A stretch of 64,000 bases of DNA from an uncultured delta proteobacterium (GTDB lineage Bacteria; Desulfobacterota; Binatia; Binatales; Binataceae), in NCBI GenBank assembly GCA_963711565.1, contig CAVQEQ010000003.1, forward strand, positions 256,001-320,000. The letters are read 5' to 3'. The notes beneath the pieces are model-generated. The model made no database searches. It had not been told where the DNA came from and saw nothing but the letters and a program-made list of their open reading frames with translations. Positions 46,977 through 57,741 of this stretch are shown piece by piece (the stretch's first letter is position 1; each line of letters opens with the position of its first letter). A program made the position numbers and the translations under genes.

Positions 46977-47387
46977 TCAACCGGGATTGCGCGGGAATGT
47001 AGCCACGCCCGGGAAATGCGGCGCCCACTTCGGCGCGCTGGCGACGAAGATGCTCGCGGTGGGCTGAAACTGATTCGGATCGTCCAGGCTGCTGGCCTTG
47101 ATCGCCGTGAATGGCATCCCCGAGAGGAGGCTCATGATCGGTGAGCCGCAATTGGCGCAGAATGCTCGGCTAACCTTGTTGCCGCTGTCGCCCTTCACCT
47201 CGTAGTGCTTGAGCTCGCCCTTGGTCAGCTTGAACGCCTCTTTCGGCACCAGCAGGACTGGCGCGAACGCGCTGCCGGTCGAGCGCTGGCAATCGCGGCA
47301 GTAGCAGCTCGCCTGCATGACGGCGTCAGCCGTGGACTCGTAGCGAACAGCACCGCACATACATCCGCCGACAATTTTTCCTGCCAT
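46977..47387 (-). CDS. GFA (CENP-V) family protein
   Basis: GGCMCGAVRY, CYCRDCQ, FCANCGS. Confidence 0.93.
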   Translation of the reverse strand: MAGKIVGGCMCGAVRYESTADAVMQASCYCRDCQRSTGSAFAPVLLVPKEAFKLTKGELKHYEVKGDSGNKVSRAFCANCGSPIMSLLSGMPFTAIKASSLDDPNQFQPTASIFVASAPKWAPHFPGVATFPRNPG

Positions 47388-47461
47388 TGCATATCCTCCC
47401 GTTCGCGCGTCAGCGCGTGTTCATCATTCTGCTTCCGCCGAAATTGATCAACCGCCGAATG

Positions 47462-48985
47462 TTACGCGAGCGCCAGGCGCTCGAATTGTTCCCCCGGCGC
47501 TTCCATCTCGACCAGTGCGGCGCGAAGTTTTTCAGCCGCGCGTTTTTCTTCAGAGCTTCCCGCGAGATTCGATTCTTCTGTGGGATCGTCACGCACGCGG
47601 TACAAATGATTTCCGCTGAACTTGCCCATCGCCCAGAACGGCAGCAGATCGCCGGCACGGTAGGGCTGGCGGATAACGGGAATCCGCGCGCCCGGCATCC
47701 GGTCCAGCACCGCGCGGTCGTCCGGCGGCGGCATCTGGACTTGCGGCATGTGATGTATCGGCATCGTGGACCATCGATTCGACCACAGGCTGAGCGGCGC
47801 GTTGTCGCCGGCCGGCGCGCGCGCATACTTCGCTTCGGCGTCGATCAAATGAATCTCGCGTCCCCATATTCCCGCCAGCGCCCAGTCGCGAATCGAAGCG
47901 GCCGCGCCGGTTATGAGCGGGAGCATCGAGCGCCCGTGCGTGCGATGCTTCATCTCGACGCCGAAGATTTCCGCGAGCGTCGCGCAGATATCGACGTTGG
48001 TGGTGAGCGTGTCCACGGTCCGCGCGCCGACGCCGGGCATCGCGATCAGCAACGGCGTATGCCCGAGCGGCTCGTAAATCGGCACGGCAGGCTTGCCCCA
48101 GATGTCCTTTTCGCCGAGGTAGTGCCCGTGATCGGTGCATACGATCACCGCGGTGTCGTTATAGAATCCGCCGCGCTCGATTGCGGCGAGCAGCTTGCCA
48201 AGCCACGAGTCGATCATCGTCAGCTTCGCGCCGTAACATGCGCGAATCTGCCGCGCCTGCTCGAGTGTCAGCACGCCGTGCGCCAGAGCGCCGCGCATAT
48301 ACGGCGGCCAGATCATGTGCGGCCCCTGCCACGACGAATCGTACATCGAGGCATACGGCTCCGGCGTATCGAACGGCTCGTGCGGATCGAACTCGTCGAT
48401 GAACAGCATGAAGCGATCGTGGCTGCGCGCCGAGCGCTCGAGCCACTCGGTCGCCGCCGCCATCGTGCGCGGTCCCGGAAAATCCGCCTCGTCGCGAAAG
48501 TAGCCGCGCGAGTTGTCGTACGGCGTATGCCCACGTGCGAACGACGGCGCACCCATCCAGCTCGGGTCGGGCCGCGTCTGCCACGGGTCGCTCTCGTGTC
48601 CGCGCTGATAGTCCCACGCGGTGAAATCGGTGTGATAGTTTTCGCCGCCGACTTCAAACAGATGCGGATGATCCGAGACCAGCTTGGTGACGACGCCGGC
48701 CGCACGAAGATACGCGGTCAGCGGCCGCTCCCAGATTTCAATCGACCCCCACGGCTTCCATAGAAAATCGATCGTGCCGCATAGAATATCGTGACGCGCG
48801 GGGATGCATGGTAGCGACCCCGAGTAGTGGCGATCGAAACGAACCGCGCGCCGCGCGAAACTGTCGAGGTTGGGCGTGTCGAACTCGCGCCCGCCGTACG
48901 CGCCAAGCATATGGCGATTGAGGCTGTCGAGCAGGATTACGATCGCGTTTTTCGGACGACGCGCTGTGATTTCGCCCACACTCAT
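47462..48985 (-). CDS. Sulfatase (Cys-type)
   Basis: LLDSL, CIPAR (CxPxR), DPHEPF, TDHG, WGK. Confidence 0.92.
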   Translation of the reverse strand: MSVGEITARRPKNAIVILLDSLNRHMLGAYGGREFDTPNLDSFARRAVRFDRHYSGSLPCIPARHDILCGTIDFLWKPWGSIEIWERPLTAYLRAAGVVTKLVSDHPHLFEVGGENYHTDFTAWDYQRGHESDPWQTRPDPSWMGAPSFARGHTPYDNSRGYFRDEADFPGPRTMAAATEWLERSARSHDRFMLFIDEFDPHEPFDTPEPYASMYDSSWQGPHMIWPPYMRGALAHGVLTLEQARQIRACYGAKLTMIDSWLGKLLAAIERGGFYNDTAVIVCTDHGHYLGEKDIWGKPAVPIYEPLGHTPLLIAMPGVGARTVDTLTTNVDICATLAEIFGVEMKHRTHGRSMLPLITGAAASIRDWALAGIWGREIHLIDAEAKYARAPAGDNAPLSLWSNRWSTMPIHHMPQVQMPPPDDRAVLDRMPGARIPVIRQPYRAGDLLPFWAMGKFSGNHLYRVRDDPTEESNLAGSSEEKRAAEKLRAALVEMEAPGEQFERLALA

Positions 48986-49116
48986 GGATTGAATCCTAGC
49001 ACTGGCGAATGCCGCCGGGGAAAGCGATGAAACCTCGGCCCATCCGCCACGTCTATAGATGCGAGCAGGCGGGTGTGGACTTGCGTCGCGCCAAAGACTG
49101 AAATGGAATCGAGATA

Positions 49117-49815
49117 GTGGCCCTCATGAAGCGCATCAAAACTGGACTCGCAATCGCGGCGGCAATCGCAATTTCCGGATGCGCCGTCGCACCGCCGCCG
49201 ATAGCGCACACGCCCAACGTCGTCGCGACGCCCGAGCAGGGCCAGCTCGCGGTAAGCGTCGCGGCCGCACCGACGGTCGGCGAGGTCACTCCCGTTTATG
49301 TGTCGATCGCCAACGGCACCGACGCGACGCGGTCGGTGGTGCCAAGCCAGGTGTTCGCGCTCAATGAATCCGGCGAGCGAGTCGCTCCTCTACCGCCGGG
49401 CGAAGCAGCGCGCCAGGCCGGCAGCGCCAAGGAGTTGCAGGGAGCGATCGAAAGCGCTGCCGTTAGCGGTGTGGGCGGAGCGGCTGTGGGAGCGGGCGCG
49501 GGTGCGATCGCGGGTGCGGCTGGTAGAAGCGCCGGATGGTGGGGCTTCGGATCTCCGGGCGCCGGAGCGCTGGTCGGCTCCGCTTTCGGCGGTGGATGGG
49601 GAATTATCCGGGGCGCGGAAAGAGGCCAGACGAGAGCCGACCAGCAGGCCAATCAGCAGATCGAAGCGCTCGCGCTGAAGCCCGAAGAAGTGCGCAAAGA
49701 CTTCACGGTGAGCGGCTACGTCTTCTTCCCCAAGGGACAATACAACCAGGTCCAGATGCTGCTGGTGGATCGCGAAACCGGCGACACCCAGATCGTCAGC
49801 GAACCCTGGCACTGA
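49117..49815 (+). CDS. Putative lipoprotein with glycine zipper
   Basis: AISGC lipobox; GxxxG-rich segment. Confidence 0.75.
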   Translation: MALMKRIKTGLAIAAAIAISGCAVAPPPIAHTPNVVATPEQGQLAVSVAAAPTVGEVTPVYVSIANGTDATRSVVPSQVFALNESGERVAPLPPGEAARQAGSAKELQGAIESAAVSGVGGAAVGAGAGAIAGAAGRSAGWWGFGSPGAGALVGSAFGGGWGIIRGAERGQTRADQQANQQIEALALKPEEVRKDFTVSGYVFFPKGQYNQVQMLLVDRETGDTQIVSEPWH

Positions 49816-49826
49816 TCGCTCGCCGC

Positions 49827-50873
49827 TTACAGCAGCGACGAGATAATCACGATCGCGCCCTGCCCTTTGCCCTTCTCAGCGGGATCGCAAATCACCGCCT
49901 TGCTGCCGATGAACTTCATGTCGGTCGGATCCATCAGACCCGAGGCGAACGGACGCGCGAGATCCTTTTCCACGCGATAAATGTTGCCGTCGCGTTCGTT
50001 GTCGTTCTCGGCGGCAAATTTGCCCGTGTCCGCGATCAGCAGCTCGTCACTGTATGAGCCGAAGCTTGACGGCGACCACGCGAAGCCCGACGGACGGGTA
50101 AACCCGACCAGGTAAACTTCGTCCTTCATCTTGCCGTCGGGGCCGACGATGCTGATGCGGCCGACCTTCGATGCAAAACTCCCCTTCGCGCGCATCCCGA
50201 CCAGCATCATGCCGGCTGCCTTCGAATCGGAAGCGGGCGGAAATGTAATGGTGGTCAGCTCGAATACGAGCGGCTTGTTGTAAGTGCCAAATACGGTCGC
50301 CTTGCCCGACGAGTCGATCGCATAGATCGTCGCGTTGCCACTGGCCGCCGCATACAGCTTGCCCGCAAACGGAGAGCCGGCGGCGCCGAACTCGAGGTCG
50401 CGGCATTCGGTTGCAGCCGCGTCAGGCAATTTCGCGAACGTGCTGACGGCGCCGGACTTGTCGATACGCTCGACTTCGCACGCTCCCTTGATACCGCCGG
50501 TCGCCGCGAGCACGAAAATATTGCCCTCATACGATCCGAATCCCGCAGGACCAACAGCGACTCCGGCCGGGTTCCTGACTTTGGTCTTGTCCGCGAGCGC
50601 TGTAACCTTGCCGCCGAAAGTGACCGAGTAAACTCCTCCCGCCTGATCCGACACGACCATCGCGCCGTGGTTGTCCTGGAGAAAATACGGCGCGACGAGG
50701 CCGGGCGCCTTCAGCGCCTTGATCTCGAACGGCACTTCCACGTCGAGGCCGGCGCCGGACGCGCGCGCGATCGAATTGGTCAAGCTCGGCAACGCGGCGA
50801 TCGTCAGCGCGGCGACGCTGAACGCGGTTGCGAAGAATAAGAATTCACTTTTTCTTTTCGATAAGTTCATCAA
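49827..50873 (-). CDS. Secreted beta-propeller-like protein
   Basis: Signal peptide; repeated P.G.A blade motifs. Confidence 0.7.
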   Translation of the reverse strand: MMNLSKRKSEFLFFATAFSVAALTIAALPSLTNSIARASGAGLDVEVPFEIKALKAPGLVAPYFLQDNHGAMVVSDQAGGVYSVTFGGKVTALADKTKVRNPAGVAVGPAGFGSYEGNIFVLAATGGIKGACEVERIDKSGAVSTFAKLPDAAATECRDLEFGAAGSPFAGKLYAAASGNATIYAIDSSGKATVFGTYNKPLVFELTTITFPPASDSKAAGMMLVGMRAKGSFASKVGRISIVGPDGKMKDEVYLVGFTRPSGFAWSPSSFGSYSDELLIADTGKFAAENDNERDGNIYRVEKDLARPFASGLMDPTDMKFIGSKAVICDPAEKGKGQGAIVIISSLL

Positions 50874-51060
50874 GTGCCTCGTTGACTGCGTACTTTTCGT
50901 TCGGATCCCGATCGTCCAGATCTGACTTGCGGCGCGAGACCCACTCGGCCAGCCCCACCGTCGCGGCCTCCGCGGGATTCGATATCCCCATCGCCTCCGC
51001 GACCCGCATGAGCTGTCCGAACAGCTCGTCGGGCACCTCGATCTGAATTTTCCTGCTCAT
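50845..51060 (-). CDS. Small hypothetical protein, ribbon-helix-helix-like
   Basis: IQIEVPDELFGQLMRVAEAMGIS pattern. Confidence 0.55.
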   Translation of the reverse strand: MSRKIQIEVPDELFGQLMRVAEAMGISNPAEAATVGLAEWVSRRKSDLDDRDPNEKYAVNEALDELIEKKK

Positions 51061-51133
51061 GCGGCCACGCTCGATACACTTTCCGGCGATTGTTCGTCCT
51101 TCCATATAGTCTTAGGCCGCTGCGGTCGTCAAA

Positions 51134-53122
51134 ATGAATTCAGACGTGTCATCGCCACTCAAATACACCGGGGTCATCATCGAGTATCTCGATCAAGGCC
51201 GGCTGAAGGCCGCATTGGTCACCCGCGAACAGGAACGCCATCTCGCAGTGATCGATTCGGCGGGACACGAGCGGCTGGTGCCGCGCGATCTCGTCCTGAT
51301 GCGCCATCTGGAACGACGCGCCGATCGCGAAAACGTCGCCGAGGCGCTCGCGGAGCTCGAACACGATCGCGCCGAACTGGCCGCCGAACTCGACCTCGAG
51401 TTGCTGTGGCAGGTTGCGCAGGAGCAGAGCCGCAGTTTTTCGGCCGTGGAACTCGCCGATTTATTTTTCGGCCGGAAATCGAATGCCGCCGCCTCCGTGA
51501 TGCTCGAAGCTTTACTGAACGATCGAACGTACTTCGTGCGCCGCCACATGGATTTCGTGCCGCGCACGCCGGATCAGGTCGAACGCCTACGGATTCAGAA
51601 CGATCGGATTCGGTCACGCAGCGACGACTATCGTAAAATCCAGAAGCAGCTACGCAACGTCCTGAATGGCGCCGAGAAACCGCCCGCCGACGAAGCGGCC
51701 GCACTCGTCGAGGAGCTGTCGCGCTATCTCAAAAATCCGTTCACGCGCAGCCGCGACTTGACCCAGATGCTCACGCAGGCCGCGCCCAACGTCGATCCCG
51801 GCGAAGCGGCTTTCGAAATTCTCGAGCGGCTCGGCGCGCCGCTGCGCGTACCGCGTTTCGCATTTATCGCCGGCCTCAAGGATGAGTTCAGCGACGCCGT
51901 CATGAAGGAAGCGTCCGCAGTCGTGCCGGGCCCGCGCGCAATCTCCGACGGCGGGTTCGCGGTAACCGTCGATGACGAAGACACGGTCGAGGTCGATGAC
52001 GCGCTCAGTTGCGAGGCGCTCGCCGACGGCGGAGTCCGCGTGCGCGTGCACATCGCGCTGGTCGCGGATTTCGTCGCCAAAGGCGGCGCGATGGATCAGG
52101 AGGCGGCTTCGCGCGCGACCACGGTTTACCTGCCCGAGACAACCATCAGGATGCTGCCTGATCCGATCTCGTGCCGCGCCGCGAGTCTGATCGAAGGCGA
52201 AGATCGCCCCGTGATGACCACCGATGTGCGCTTGTCGGCCGACGGTGAGCTGCTCGACGCTTCGATTTATCCCGCGCGAATCCCAATCGTGCGCCGGCTC
52301 GACTACGACCAGGTCGATCGCATCCTCGAGTCGGGGGTGCGCGCAGATGAAACCGCCGCGACTGTCGCGCGACTGAATGCGGCCGCCATTCAGCTTCGTC
52401 AACGACGCCGCACCGCCGGCGCCGTGCTGGTGCAAAGGCGTGAGGCGAAGGTTCGCGTGCACGGCGACGACGTAGAAATCACCGTGCTCGACAATGCGTC
52501 TCCCGGTCGCACATTGGTGGCGGAGTTCATGGTGCTGAGCAATTTCGTCGCGGCTCGCTACGCCGCATCGAATCGGATTCCGATCATTTACCGCGTCCAG
52601 CCGCAACTCGGCGGCGATATGGCGTCGATGCGCCCGCGGCTTTCGTTGCATCCGGAATATCATGCCGGAATCGGACTCGACTTCTACGCGCAGTTGAGTT
52701 CGCCGATCCGCCGCTACGCCGACCTCGTTCTGCAGCGGCAATTGCTGGGCGCGCTTGCGAGTCGCGACCACGAAGCGCCGATTTACAATGTCGATGAATT
52801 GCTGACCGTGCTCGCGGGTGCCGAGAACGCGGAGGGTTCCGGCCGCGAGCTCGAACGGCGTGCCAAGCGCTACTGGACTCTTCGCTACCTGGAGCGTCAC
52901 GCGCAAGACGGCCCGCTGATCGCATACGTCGCGCGCGAAGGACAAAGTGCGGAGCTCGCTGATTTCGCCGTGCGCGGCACCCTGCACGGCGCGCCGACCT
53001 TGCCCAATCAGATGCCGATAATGGTGCAGGTGAGCCGCGTCGATCCATTGCGCGGATGGCTCGCGTTCGATTTCGTCGGCCCCGCCGACGAAGCCTCGAC
53101 CGGCGCGATCAGAACGACCTGA
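51134..53122 (+). CDS. RNB-domain exoribonuclease (RNase II/R family)
   Basis: DDEDTVEVDDA, VHIA, TTVYLP, VAEFM, HAGIG, SSPIRRYADL. Confidence 0.92.
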   Translation: MNSDVSSPLKYTGVIIEYLDQGRLKAALVTREQERHLAVIDSAGHERLVPRDLVLMRHLERRADRENVAEALAELEHDRAELAAELDLELLWQVAQEQSRSFSAVELADLFFGRKSNAAASVMLEALLNDRTYFVRRHMDFVPRTPDQVERLRIQNDRIRSRSDDYRKIQKQLRNVLNGAEKPPADEAAALVEELSRYLKNPFTRSRDLTQMLTQAAPNVDPGEAAFEILERLGAPLRVPRFAFIAGLKDEFSDAVMKEASAVVPGPRAISDGGFAVTVDDEDTVEVDDALSCEALADGGVRVRVHIALVADFVAKGGAMDQEAASRATTVYLPETTIRMLPDPISCRAASLIEGEDRPVMTTDVRLSADGELLDASIYPARIPIVRRLDYDQVDRILESGVRADETAATVARLNAAAIQLRQRRRTAGAVLVQRREAKVRVHGDDVEITVLDNASPGRTLVAEFMVLSNFVAARYAASNRIPIIYRVQPQLGGDMASMRPRLSLHPEYHAGIGLDFYAQLSSPIRRYADLVLQRQLLGALASRDHEAPIYNVDELLTVLAGAENAEGSGRELERRAKRYWTLRYLERHAQDGPLIAYVAREGQSAELADFAVRGTLHGAPTLPNQMPIMVQVSRVDPLRGWLAFDFVGPADEASTGAIRTT

Positions 53123-53456
53123 TCAACTCCTGGTCCCGTCATCGTTGCGCGATGCCGAGCTACGTCCATCGTTCATTGCGATGTACCACGGCGCGACCAC
53201 GCGCGCATGGGTACGCACTCCGCTTGCCGCATTGCCTACTTTTGTCTTCGCGCGCGCAGCAAGCGTCGCCTGAATCGCCAGCGACATGCCCATGATCAAT
53301 CCCGCTAGAATCGTCAAACGCATACCTTCTCCTCGACGCTCACCGTCGTCCGGACGCCCAAGACTAGCCACGCCGGGCGTCCTTGCGGACGCCCTTCTGC
53401 GTGACTCCCCTCTTTCCCTTCGACTCCCCCCGTTTCTCGCTACGCGCCTGGCAGTC

Positions 53457-53651
53457 CTACATCTCTTTCTGTGTGTCCTGCTCGAGGCGCCACCGGTCGA
53501 TCGATTCGATATTGAAGCGCCAGTCGCTGCCGACCTTGAACGCAGGCAGCCGTCCGCGCTTGAGTTGCCGGTAAATCGTCAACGGATGAACCTTCAGATA
53601 ATCCGATAGTTCCTTGACCGTCAGTACGTGGCTGCTGTCGTTTTTCAGCAT
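53457..53651 (-). CDS. HTH_17 (excisionase-like) DNA-binding protein
   Basis: LTVKELSDYLKVHPLTIYRQLKRGRLPAFKVGSDWRF. Confidence 0.88.
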   Translation of the reverse strand: MLKNDSSHVLTVKELSDYLKVHPLTIYRQLKRGRLPAFKVGSDWRFNIESIDRWRLEQDTQKEM

Positions 53652-53723
53652 CTGTCAGTTCCCCTTTTCAAATCTCTTTGGTCGATTCGTGCGATTATCC
53701 AAGCGACTCTGGATAAGGCTTAT

Positions 53724-53739
53724 CGCAAGCTGCGTGCCG
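53724..53739 (-). promoter_or_regulatory. Putative sigma-54 promoter (-24/-12)
   Basis: CGGCACG-CAGC-TTGCG on the minus strand, ~70 nt upstream of the HTH_17 gene. Confidence 0.6.
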
Positions 53740-53944
53740 AGGGGACGCGAACCTGAATGTCACACGAATAAAGCGGTCTGCGGCCATGATTGACCGCCGC
53801 AGGCGGTAGGATTTTGCCACTACGACAGAAAAATGACGGTCACGCCGCGAACGCGACGCATCTATGCCCGTCGTCGCATCCTTGGGACACTCGCCGTCCG
53901 GTTTTGACCGCCTGGTGTCATCCGCTAACTGCGAGTTTATGCGG

Positions 53945-54793
53945 TCAGACCTTGCCGATCAGGTCGCGCGCGACTCCGCGCACACCTTCGAGGAGTGCCG
54001 CCTCGTCGGCGCCGCGTTGCAGCAGGATAAGCCGGCTCACGCCCAGGTCGGCATAGCGCTTCACGGTGTCGCGATCGACCTTCACTCGCGGACTCGGCGT
54101 GATGCTTATCTCAACGTCCTCGAACCGACGGTCCGCCGCCTTGCACGCCAGTTTTAGCCCCTCGACGCACTTCGCCGTCCCGTCAAGGTCCTGCGCAAAC
54201 CCGTACCATCCCTTGGCGAGCCGCGCCGCACGGCTGTAGGCCTCCTTGGTATGGCCGCCGAAGACAATCTCGGGATGCGGCTGCTGCACCGGCCGCGGCA
54301 TCGCATTGACGCCCTTGAACGAGACCCACCTGCCGCTGAACTCAGGCTTCGGCATCGACCACAACGCGATCATCGCCGCCAGCCATTCCTCCGAGCGCGC
54401 GCCCTTGTGATCGAACGGCGCGCCGATCGCGTCGAACTCCGGCTTCAGGTAGCCGACGCCGATACCGAAAATCAGCCGGCCGTTCGACAGCACGTCCGTC
54501 GATGCGAGCTCCTTGGCGAGCACGACCGGATTGCGCTGGGGCAATATGATGATGCCGGTGCCGAGCCGAATCTTCGTCGTATGCGCCGCGACAAACGCCA
54601 GTGCGATCGCGGGATCGAGCATCGGGTAGTCCGCCGGCACGGGTGACGGCGGCGCCTGCGGGTCGGGCAGTATCACATGCTCGCCCGTCCACACGCTCTC
54701 GAAGCCGGCATCTTCGGCCGCGCGCGCGACGGCGGCGGCGCACTTGGGAAACGCACACGGTCCGTTGTTGATTCCGAATAATCCGAATTTCAT
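53945..54793 (-). CDS. LLM-class (probably F420-dependent) oxidoreductase
   Basis: MKFGLF...AEDAGFESVWTGEH...LGTGIIILPQRNPVVLAK...LSNGRLIFGIGVG; real start ATG 54793. Confidence 0.9.
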   Translation of the reverse strand: MKFGLFGINNGPCAFPKCAAAVARAAEDAGFESVWTGEHVILPDPQAPPSPVPADYPMLDPAIALAFVAAHTTKIRLGTGIIILPQRNPVVLAKELASTDVLSNGRLIFGIGVGYLKPEFDAIGAPFDHKGARSEEWLAAMIALWSMPKPEFSGRWVSFKGVNAMPRPVQQPHPEIVFGGHTKEAYSRAARLAKGWYGFAQDLDGTAKCVEGLKLACKAADRRFEDVEISITPSPRVKVDRDTVKRYADLGVSRLILLQRGADEAALLEGVRGVARDLIGKV

Positions 54794-54913
54794 AGACGAC
54801 TGATTATCACGACCATGTGGATTGCGGCCAGTTGCGACGCGTTGACGTGACGCGCCGCGCATCATCATAATCGCTTCGACTACTTCCCCGAGGCGGTGGC
54901 AGAGGCGGGCGCG

Positions 54914-55465
54914 ATGAGATGTCCCCAGTGCGGTAACGACAACCAGCAAGGCGCCGCCTTCTGCTCGCGATGCGGCACGCGGATGTTCGCGCCGAAGCCG
55001 TCGGCCGTGCGCGAGTACGCGCTGGCCGTATACCGTCCCTCGCTGTGGTACTACGCCAACGGCTTCCTCGTCGGCGGTATTCTGATCGCGGCCGGTGCGC
55101 GAGTGCTGTCCGGCAGAATCCAGAATTTGCAGATACCGGTCCAGGCGGGCTTTTCGATAGTCGGCCTCGGCGTCCTGATAATCCTGATCACGATGATTCG
55201 CGCGCGAACCGTCAACTGGAGTCTCACTTCCGATCGGCTGATCGAGAAACGCGGATTGCTCGCGTCGCGCCGGCGCGAGATGGAACTGGCCGACATCCGC
55301 TCGGTCGAAGTCGATAAACGCGTCTTCCAGCGGCTGTTCGGACTCGGCGACGTCACGATAGCGTCGGCGGCCAGCTCCGACTACGCCATCCGCCTCCATG
55401 AAATCCAGGATCCCGACAACGCCGCCGAAACGATTCGCAAGGCGCGCCTGAAACGGTTGGCATAA
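54914..55465 (+). CDS. Zinc-ribbon + membrane + bacterial PH-domain protein
   Basis: CPQC...CSRC, two TM segments, LTSDRLIEKRG...QRLFGLGDV. Confidence 0.85.
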   Translation: MRCPQCGNDNQQGAAFCSRCGTRMFAPKPSAVREYALAVYRPSLWYYANGFLVGGILIAAGARVLSGRIQNLQIPVQAGFSIVGLGVLIILITMIRARTVNWSLTSDRLIEKRGLLASRRREMELADIRSVEVDKRVFQRLFGLGDVTIASAASSDYAIRLHEIQDPDNAAETIRKARLKRLA

Positions 55466-55471
55466 ATCACG

Positions 55472-56098
55472 ATGAGCAAACGACCCGACCTGCGCTACGA
55501 ACGACGCCTGTGGAAACTCGGCATCGACGCCGTCGCCGGTGTCGATGAAGCCGGGGTCGGCCCGATGGCGGGTCCGGTGGTGGCGGCGGCCGTCGTTTTC
55601 GCACCCGAGACGTTCATCAGCGGCGTACACGACTCCAAGCAGTTGACCCACGAACAGCGCGAAGAACTTTTCATCCCGATTCACGAGCGCGCAATCGCCA
55701 TCGGCGTCGGCATCGCGGAGGTCAACGAAATCGATCGCCTCAACATCTATTGGGCCACGATGTCGGCGAGCCGCCGCGCGCTGTCCGCGTTGAGTCTCAC
55801 CCCCGGCCACGTGCTGGTTGACGGGCGGCTGATCCCCAGCCTCGAACTGCCGCAGACCAAAATCGTCGGCGGCGATCGCAAGAGCTTCTGCATCGCCGCC
55901 GCCTCGATCGTCGCCAAGGTCACGCGCGACCGCATGATGGTCGATCTCGATGGCCGCTACCCCGGCTACGGCTTCGCGCAACACAAGGGGTACTGCACGA
56001 ACGAGCACATGCAGAGTCTGAACAAGCTTGGGCCGTCGCCAATCCATCGCCGCTCGTTCTGGCCGGTAGCCGCCTCCGCGCAACGACTTCTGTTCTGA
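55472..56098 (+). CDS. rnhB: Ribonuclease HII
   Basis: GVDEAG.GP.AGPV, DSK.L, VDG, IAAASIVAKVTRD, HKGY, HRRSF. Confidence 0.96.
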   Translation: MSKRPDLRYERRLWKLGIDAVAGVDEAGVGPMAGPVVAAAVVFAPETFISGVHDSKQLTHEQREELFIPIHERAIAIGVGIAEVNEIDRLNIYWATMSASRRALSALSLTPGHVLVDGRLIPSLELPQTKIVGGDRKSFCIAAASIVAKVTRDRMMVDLDGRYPGYGFAQHKGYCTNEHMQSLNKLGPSPIHRRSFWPVAASAQRLLF

Positions 56099-56319
56099 TT
56101 CCGAACACACTACAGGTTGCGGTCTGGTGGCAACCACGACCCCATCGGTCTAGCAGTCGCGTCAAATACTCCTTCGCATTGACCTCGAAGGTAGCATGGT
56201 GCTACCTTCAATACGTAGCGCGGTGCTACCAATGAAAACCCGGAGGAATACAATCGATGCAGAAGAGGTTCTTTTGTGGAACAGTGATTCGTTCAGGATC
56301 GGGTCGGTAGGGATTTCAA

Positions 56320-56625
56320 ATGGGCGCGACGTATTCGCTCGACGCGATCCAGTTACGATTGAAAGAAGGAAAGTTCGTTATAACGCAGAGCGGACTGCAA
56401 GGCGCTCTCCAGATAGGGCTCGATGGCGAAGATATCGCCGAATGTATCTGCGAAGAGTTGAGAGATTCACATTTCTACAAAACGATGCCGGCGGACAAGC
56501 GCCCCGGCATGTGGCAAGACGTTTATCGTATTCGCTTCCGTGGCAAGAGGGTGTACCTGAAGGTTCAGATGAATACTCGCGGTTATGCAGTAATCGTCTC
56601 TTTCAAGGAGGACACGAGCCCCTGA
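56320..56625 (+). CDS. mqsR: MqsR-family mRNA interferase toxin
   Basis: FYKTM...WQDVY...VYLK...IVSFKE. Confidence 0.88.
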   Translation: MGATYSLDAIQLRLKEGKFVITQSGLQGALQIGLDGEDIAECICEELRDSHFYKTMPADKRPGMWQDVYRIRFRGKRVYLKVQMNTRGYAVIVSFKEDTSP

Positions 56626-56710
56626 GTGTACCGATCTATTACGCCGCCGCACGGAGCCTTTTGAGCCCCTGCGGCGCCTATATCTTAGTTGACCCATATT
56701 CTAATTAATC

Positions 56711-57175
56711 ATGATGGATAGGAAGAATATTGTTTGTGAAGTGTGCTCGTTGGAATCAGCGGAGAAGGTTTCTGAGAGCTTCCGGGCAAGCTATGATCAG
56801 ATTCCAGTAGTGCTCCCCTCCGTTGAGATGTATAGCTGTAGCCAGTGCGGCGAGAAATTCTTCACGCCAGAGCAGGCAAAACACGTGGCCAAGGCGGTCC
56901 GTGTCGTGGTTCGCCAGCAGTTGGGCCTACTCCCTCCTGAAAGAATTATCGAGATTAGGCGCGCACGTGGGCTCTCGCAGGAACGTTTGGAAGCCTTGCT
57001 TGGTCTTGGATCGAAAGTTGTTACGCGCTGGGAAACCGGTCGAGTGCTGCAGACCAAGCAAGCGGATGATCTCCTGCGCCTGATCGAGAAGGTACCAGTC
57101 GTGATCGACGTATTGCGGGAGATCCGCGAGGAGTCCGGTCGTAGCCGCGCATCAAATCGTTCCGCTGTGGTCTAG
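56711..57175 (+). CDS. mqsA: MqsA-family antitoxin (zinc ribbon + HTH)
   Basis: CEVC...CSQCGE; IRRARGLSQ...VTRWETGRVLQ. Confidence 0.9.
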   Translation: MMDRKNIVCEVCSLESAEKVSESFRASYDQIPVVLPSVEMYSCSQCGEKFFTPEQAKHVAKAVRVVVRQQLGLLPPERIIEIRRARGLSQERLEALLGLGSKVVTRWETGRVLQTKQADDLLRLIEKVPVVIDVLREIREESGRSRASNRSAVV

Positions 57176-57625
57176 CATCGACCGCCCAGTTTTTTAGGAT
57201 CGAGCGCGATTCGGTCTTCTTTCGAGAATCTTACCGGCGGTGGAATAGATCCGACGCGGAAACGTTCTCGTGGAAAGCGTTCCAAGTCTTTTTAGAGAGG
57301 GCCTCGGCACTCCGGTCGCGATTGCACGATTTAAGCGGGTCAGCTTAAAGGAAGGTCGTAAAGTTCCTATCCGATGGACTTGAGCACATACTCTATACCT
57401 TGGCCGCGGAGAGTGCTCGGCGCCAAATCTGGGGACCGTGAAAGCAGCGCAAGGAAAATAAGCCTCAGCGCGGAGAAAAAGCGCTTGGTCGCTCGACTAA
57501 GGGCGGCGTTGACTGGATGCCTGGGAACTCCGGCGGAATCTTGAACCGAGCGCGAAGCGCAGCACGGTATAGGGATCCTTACCTTCTATCCTCTCCCATT
57601 CTGGTAGAGCGGAAGAAGCAGAACC

Positions 57626-57741
57626 GAGATTCTTCGCTTCGCTCTGAATGACACAGGGAACAGAACCTAAGAGCGAAATGGCGTTCTCGACATTTCGCGA
57701 TTAACGCTGGGTGCAGAGCCTGTCCTGAGCCTGCCGAAGGA
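57626..57741. repeat. REP-like short palindromic elements
   Basis: GAGATTCTTCGCTTCGCTCTGAATGACA and CCTGTCCTGAGCCTGCCGAAGGA, forms typical of dispersed REP-like repeats. Confidence 0.5.

Noticed and set aside
53457-53651. HTH_17 gene as the excisionase of the island
   Set aside because: Lies 7 kb outside the att junction among host genes
54794-56137. Apparent 730-aa fusion ORF 53945..56137
   Set aside because: The upstream part is antisense to rnhB and the PH-domain gene; the LLM enzyme starts at 54793
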